Source: Curvularia clavata (Eukaryota). From it: 64,000 nucleotides of DNA. The first letter of the stretch is position 1. Each line of letters starts with the position of its first letter. Below the pieces are notes generated by a model, which was not told the origin of the DNA, ran no database searches, and saw nothing but the letters and a program-made list of their open reading frames with translations. The DNA is taken from positions 2,790,001 through 2,854,000 of the forward strand of contig CP089278.1 in assembly GCA_023920165.1 (NCBI GenBank), read 5' to 3'. Positions 58,792-64,000 of this stretch are shown piece by piece. Position numbers and translations under genes: made by a program.

Positions 58792-60703
58792 ATGTCCTAC
58801 AACCAGCAGTATCCGCCGCCTCAGGGCCAGCAGCCACAGCCGCCGCGCGCATTCTCTCCGCAAAACTACCAGCACTCGCCGACAGCCCTGTCGCCGACCA
58901 TGGGAAGTGGCATTCCTCCTAATAAGCGACAGCGCCTGTCGCCGAACCCGCCATCGCCTGCGCCATACCAGTCGCCCTTTGGCATGCCTGGCGCACCGAC
59001 GTATCCCTCATCGCCGTACGCCAATTCTCCTCAGACCCCAGGCTACCTATCGCTACCTACATCACCCGCCGCCATGCAGCCTCCGCCCTTCCACCAGCCG
59101 CAGCCCTACCAGCAACCACATACTCACTCACCCGCGCCACAGACTTCTATGCCGCCACCCAAGGTTCCATACAGCAAGGCGACGGACAGTTCGGAGTTGG
59201 AAAAGGCAAATGCGCGTGATTTAGATGTTAATAACATCAGCGATGTACTCACTGGATCGGGTATTGATATACGCGCTGAGGAGGACAATCTGCTGCAGAA
59301 CTTTAGGAGCTTCACCTCTCAAGGCTCTACATCTACGGTTTCGCCGCATGGAAGTTTCAACAATTGGAATCAACAGGGCCATGGCGCATACCAAGGAACA
59401 GGTCCGCTCAGCCAGGAGATGACCAAAGAACAGCAGGAAGCCGAGTTTATCAGGAAGCATGAACAGGCCGCTCGCATCTTGAACGAGTCTGCCCAGCATC
59501 CCTTAAATGACCCGTTCCTGTCAGCAAGTGTGCTTCGGCACCGCATCGCAAAGCGCGGATACGAACACGGCATACAGATCAACGTGGATGGTTTGTTTGA
59601 CAAGATCCCCGACAAGGGCCAGCAGGAGATTACGCGTGTTACACAGACCGGCGCGAATGGCGAGCAAATTATTGGCCTGGAAGCTGCCAGTTTGCTCAAC
59701 CAGAACGCTCCACTTGTAGAGATTCTCACACTAATAACACTCGCTGCCGAGGAGCGTGTGCGGACTCTTGTTGAGGACGCTTTTGCTCTATGTCAAGGCC
59801 GCCAGAACACATCGGAAGGCCTCATCCCACCCCAGATGGTCGATATTGCTGTTGTAGAAGAGAATGCCCAAGAAAAGATGGTCCGTCCCGTCAACATCCT
59901 GAAGACACCATGGGAGGCACCAGACAGCGCTGTCAGCCCAACAGCGACAGCAAGCAAAGGTTGGTGGATTGTTCTGATATTTGATACAACAGCTCACAGG
60001 ATCAGGTCTCCCCAACGCAGCACGTCTGCCAACACCACCAAGTGAAGCACCGCCTACCCCGCAGCGAACATATCAAAACGTCAGCCGCATCGGAATTGCG
60101 CTGTCGCAGCGCGCTGACGAGGACTACAAGTGGGAACAGGAACGTCTAGCCAAGCGAGCAAAGCGGAAAGCAGATGCCAATCCTTCCTCAGCAGATGCAC
60201 CAGCGATACCAATACCACTGCCCGAGCCAGTGACCAAGAAGGCCTTGGCCGCTGCCAAGAAGCAGAGCCAGTCGGATGTCGTTGTATTTGGCAAAGCCAA
60301 CGAGACTGCCAGCATGGCGCTCGGCGGCAAGAAGAAAAAATATTCGTGGATGACCGGCGGCGGCGGCGGTGGTGGCGGAGGCTCTGCCTCAGGCACCTCG
60401 ACACCCCGTCCTACAGCAGCCTCAGGCGGCGGTACCACCAGCGGCACTGCCACACCCCAAGCCGCAACCACCGAAAAAGCGCTCATCGGCCGCAAACGCA
60501 AATTCGGCGAAGGCATTGAACAAACCGAATTTGGTAAGGGTATACAGCTGCGCGACCTTATTCACGTGCTGGAAAATGATGGTCGCGAGAAGAAGACGCT
60601 CACACTGATTCTGGCGCGACTCAAAAATACGGATAAGGATATCAAGACTGAGGTTAATAGGAGTTTGCCGCCGCAGCCTAGTGTTGGGGCCGGCAGGGTG
60701 TGA
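58792..60703 (+). CDS. TAF4: TFIID subunit TAF4 (one short intron from 59960 to 59999 or 60005)
   Basis: Pro/Gln-rich N-terminus; DVLTGSGIDIRAEE; histone-fold segment ITLAAEERVRTLVE; ANETASMALGGKKKKYSWM; IQLRDLIHVLEND. Confidence 0.85.
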
Positions 60704-61410
60704 GCGGTCTGAGTCGAGGAAGATCTCTTGATTTGATTCCTCCTTTTTACATTCATCAGCGATGGCGTTTTTTGCTTCATATCCTCTGTCCGTATGGCTT
60801 TGGGGGCGATGAGTGGCTCAGAGGGGTACGGAAAGGGGAATTGTCAAAAAGACAGAAAGAGAGAATGGTATTCTTGTACCATCTGCCCGTCCATCCATGT
60901 GTGTCATCTGCCGCGTACGTGTCTCTATGTGTATGTATGTATGTACTTTTATCAACTTAGTTTATCCCAAGGGCTGGGATAAGGGATTAGGAAAATAAAG
61001 CTTTTGTTTCGTGAGAATAGAAACATTGGTCTGGATCTAGTCTTGATTTTTATCTAACGATGTGTGTGATGATCCCACAGCTTTGGGTACATGCTACATA
61101 TTCTATGCGTTGGGGAAAGTCTTTTTGACAACCCAAGGGCAACTGGTTGAGCCTTCACCTGGGACAACTACAGTAGGTTTAGCTTGGCAAAAAGGCTACG
61201 GCTTTTGGCCTAGCGCTTGTTTACACTGCTCCCGGATAGGCTAGCTTGGCATCATGCCAGGGTCCGAGCGTGCAAACGGCCAAATTGGGCACCTATCTAT
61301 GCAAACACAGTGTCTGATGGTCTCTTCGTGCGTTCTGTCCACTTCCAACTCAACTCTCACTTGTTGTGGCGTTCTCATGCAAACCGTGGAGATATTTCTT
61401 AGCCGAGGCC

Positions 61411-61858
61411 TCGTGGAACCACACATACTGCACGCCATTGAGAAGGCACCCTATTGTGATCACCATTATAACAAAGCCGATGGGAGAGGACTAGAACGAG
61501 GTCATGATACAGGTCTGTATCTGGGTGACCGCTCAGTTCAACAAACTGAAACAATGGGTAGGGCCAGATAGCACAGGCTTATCAAAGCCCCCATTCCTTC
61601 CAGTCATTATTGTTCAAGGGCATAACTGGTACTTCCTGACTTTCACTCGGACTGGAAAAGAAACAGTTTGTTCAATACTTCAGAACATCGTCAATAGTAT
61701 CTCACAGTGTACAGGTCCCTTGGCAAAGGGTACATCTCGGCTCAACTCGAAGTTGTTTAGGGACGTATTCGATAGTTGCTTGCTTACAGGTATTGGGGAA
61801 ATGGTGCTTGAAGGCTTACAAGCCGTGGTTCCAAGCGCATGTCATCGATATGGTTTAA
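61411..61858 (+). pseudogene. Decayed fungal PD-(D/E)XK nuclease-like gene fragment
   Basis: SWNHTYCTPLRRHPIVITIITKPMGED*NEVMIQVCIWVTAQ...LPVIIVQGHNWYFL, then an intron, then LGSTRSCLGTYSIVACLQVLGKW...YKPWF. In-frame TAG at 61492; no intact 5' part. Confidence 0.65.
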
Positions 61859-64000
61859 TGAGGGCGCGGAGAAAACCGCCTCGCCATAGTTTGGAGTCAT
61901 AGTATACTTCATGTACCTAACTTGGTGATGAAGAGTTGACACACAACCTCCCATGATTGCTTTTCAAGTAGCAAGACGATGTTGAAGGGAATTTTTATCG
62001 TCCACGTGTTCGGGGCGAATGTGAGCGCTCAAAATAATAACTGAGAGTAGCTGCAAGCTTCACAGGACTTGAACTCACCTACAATTGCTTCCTCGTGATC
62101 GTGATGCCCAAGCTATCGCGTGATAATGACACTTGGGGTAGAAAAGAATGAGGTATTCCAGGTAGGGGTGTGAAGAATAGCGTTGGTGCTGAACATCACT
62201 AGGATAAAAAGAGGGACAGAACAATTTAGGAAATGATCCCTTGAGGTTAAATTCCACGTATCAAAGGTAGCGTACAGGGAGAGCTAGAGGCGAGCGTCGA
62301 GGCGCATTGCCATTTTTGGGATAGATTGAAATGATTCTGCTTTTCTCCTTTCTCGTAGCTTTTCTTTTTCAGAACACGAGGAAATGAAAGCAGATAGGTA
62401 TTCTTTTGAATGAGCCAAGGGTGACAATGTGAGAGTTTGATTAGGGAAATGTACAAAGCTTAGGTGCACTTCGCATTGTCTTGTTTGGGACGCGGTCGTG
62501 ATAGAGGGTGGCAGCTAGCTGACTGGAATGGGAGGACGCGTGAATGAGCGAACAGGGAAAGGTAGGTAAGTTAGACGAAGCCCTTGAGCCTTTAACTGTT
62601 ACAAGAGCGGGTTTGTGATGGCTTTTAAGAGGGTTATGTGTATATCGTGAGGAAGAGCAGTGATTGTCTCTAGTTAGATATTACCCCAGCTGAACGTCGC
62701 GTCTTAGCGTGTGGCTGGGATCCGTATCACATGTCAAGCTAATCTAGATAGTGCTCTGGCGGAAAGGCATGTTCAGTGATGGACTTGAGGCAACTACCGG
62801 GTATTTGGCCTGCAAGAGCGCAGTAGTCCCGCACAAGCGAAGAGTTGACGAGGCTGAAAATAGAAAGTAGCCGTGTCCGGTGACACGGTGCTGGACATAC
62901 GCGACCATTCACTTTCTTCTTTTAGCGGCAGGCGAAGCCGAAAAAATCAAGATACATAAGCTACTTCGCGTATTGTTTTTTGACTGTGGCTTACGACTTG
63001 CAGAGCGGGGTTGAACTAGTTGCACGGAGCTGAGGCTCATCACTGCATCTGCATTGCATGTTGAAGCAATGTGTCAGTCCTTCGTATCCCATTGCGGATT
63101 GTCGTGAGTCCTCATCTGAAGGAAATGAGCTGTACGATCTATGCCAAGACATGACCACAGGTGCTGACTGCACGCCCACGCGGGTTCCCAAACTCGGTAC
63201 TGGCTATTGCGCGTGAGAACTCCAACGCATGGGTGTCGCATGCCTTCAGGGTTCAGGGAGGCTGGGGATCGACTACGTAATTGAGTTTTAGTTTGAACTG
63301 GTGCACGAGGTGGTCAATCGTATCGTTCATGGAGGAGGGCACGTCCGTCGAGCCAAGTTGGTTAGCACCCTCGGACCTCTTTTGCGTCTGCTCTTTGGCC
63401 CAGCCGCTTTTTTACGCACCGCGGAGGCGTACTATGTAACGCGTTCAGCAAGCCGGTTTGGCACATGCAGCCGGGTACGTACTAGTCAGAAAACAGACGA
63501 TAAGATGCGACGTGGTTCCAGCAGTACGCGCAACCACTGGACCGCTAACTTTCTGATTCAGGCACGGCAATGGTAGACATGTTGGTTCGGGTTAAACTTA
63601 ACAGTGGTTCAAAGATCCCGAAGCAGCACGGCCACGTCGGCACGCTGCTGTCGGCGGCCCACACTTGGGGTAACATTGGGACCGTGCCGTGCAAGCGCCT
63701 TGATTGGATTCGGACGTTTGCTCGTGGTCGGCGGTTCCAAGACCGGAAGCCCTTCTATTTTGGACTTGAAACGCTCAAAACATGACATCCAGAGAAATGT
63801 CAACCATACCGGCATCTCGTCTTCAAGCTTTGAGTAGGCGGTGATGTACCCGTAAGGCTTACATGTATCCTGTGCTTATTCGACCTGATCGGTAAGTGTG
63901 TTCAAGGATGCAGGTCGGCTTTTGGAAAAAAAAAAGAGAAAAGGAGATTCTGAATAAGAGATATAAGCAGCCAGAGCGGATAATGAAGATTGTCCCTGTT

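Noticed and set aside
62000..64000. Short ORFs and possible tRNA-like words at the window end
   Set aside because: No cloverleaf with A/B boxes, no domain and no consistent exon structure found.

Overview
Gene-dense eukaryotic DNA from a filamentous ascomycete. Short GT-AG introns with CTRAC-type branch points and a Fot1/pogo transposon with RIP-like changes support this; Dothideomycetes/Pleosporales is a guess. About 24 protein genes are supportable. Housekeeping genes: RSE1/SF3B3, SDA1, MIR1, YSH1/CPSF73, TAF4, a PPR protein and a bZIP factor. Secreted or accessory enzymes: GMC oxidoreductase, AstE/AspA-type peptidase, CHRD protein, GH12, PhoD, histidine acid phosphatase, EthD and an APH-like kinase. 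Two F-box-like genes are also present. Less obvious features: (i) a box C/D snoRNA in RSE1 intron 2 with a 12-nt guide matching the 18S Am541 (snR41-type) site; (ii) a complete 1855-bp Fot1-type element whose third catalytic Asp is changed to Asn by a RIP-type mutation; (iii) a spliced 51-aa Cys/His-rich micro-protein behind a duplicated ~57-bp upstream element; (iv) 13- and 16-nt micro-exons in the acid phosphatase, one carrying the catalytic RHG; (v) a decayed PD-(D/E)XK nuclease-like gene; (vi) an unusually long, UGUA-containing intron in YSH1. I see no convincing multi-gene novel system. All family assignments come from motif recognition, not database searches.
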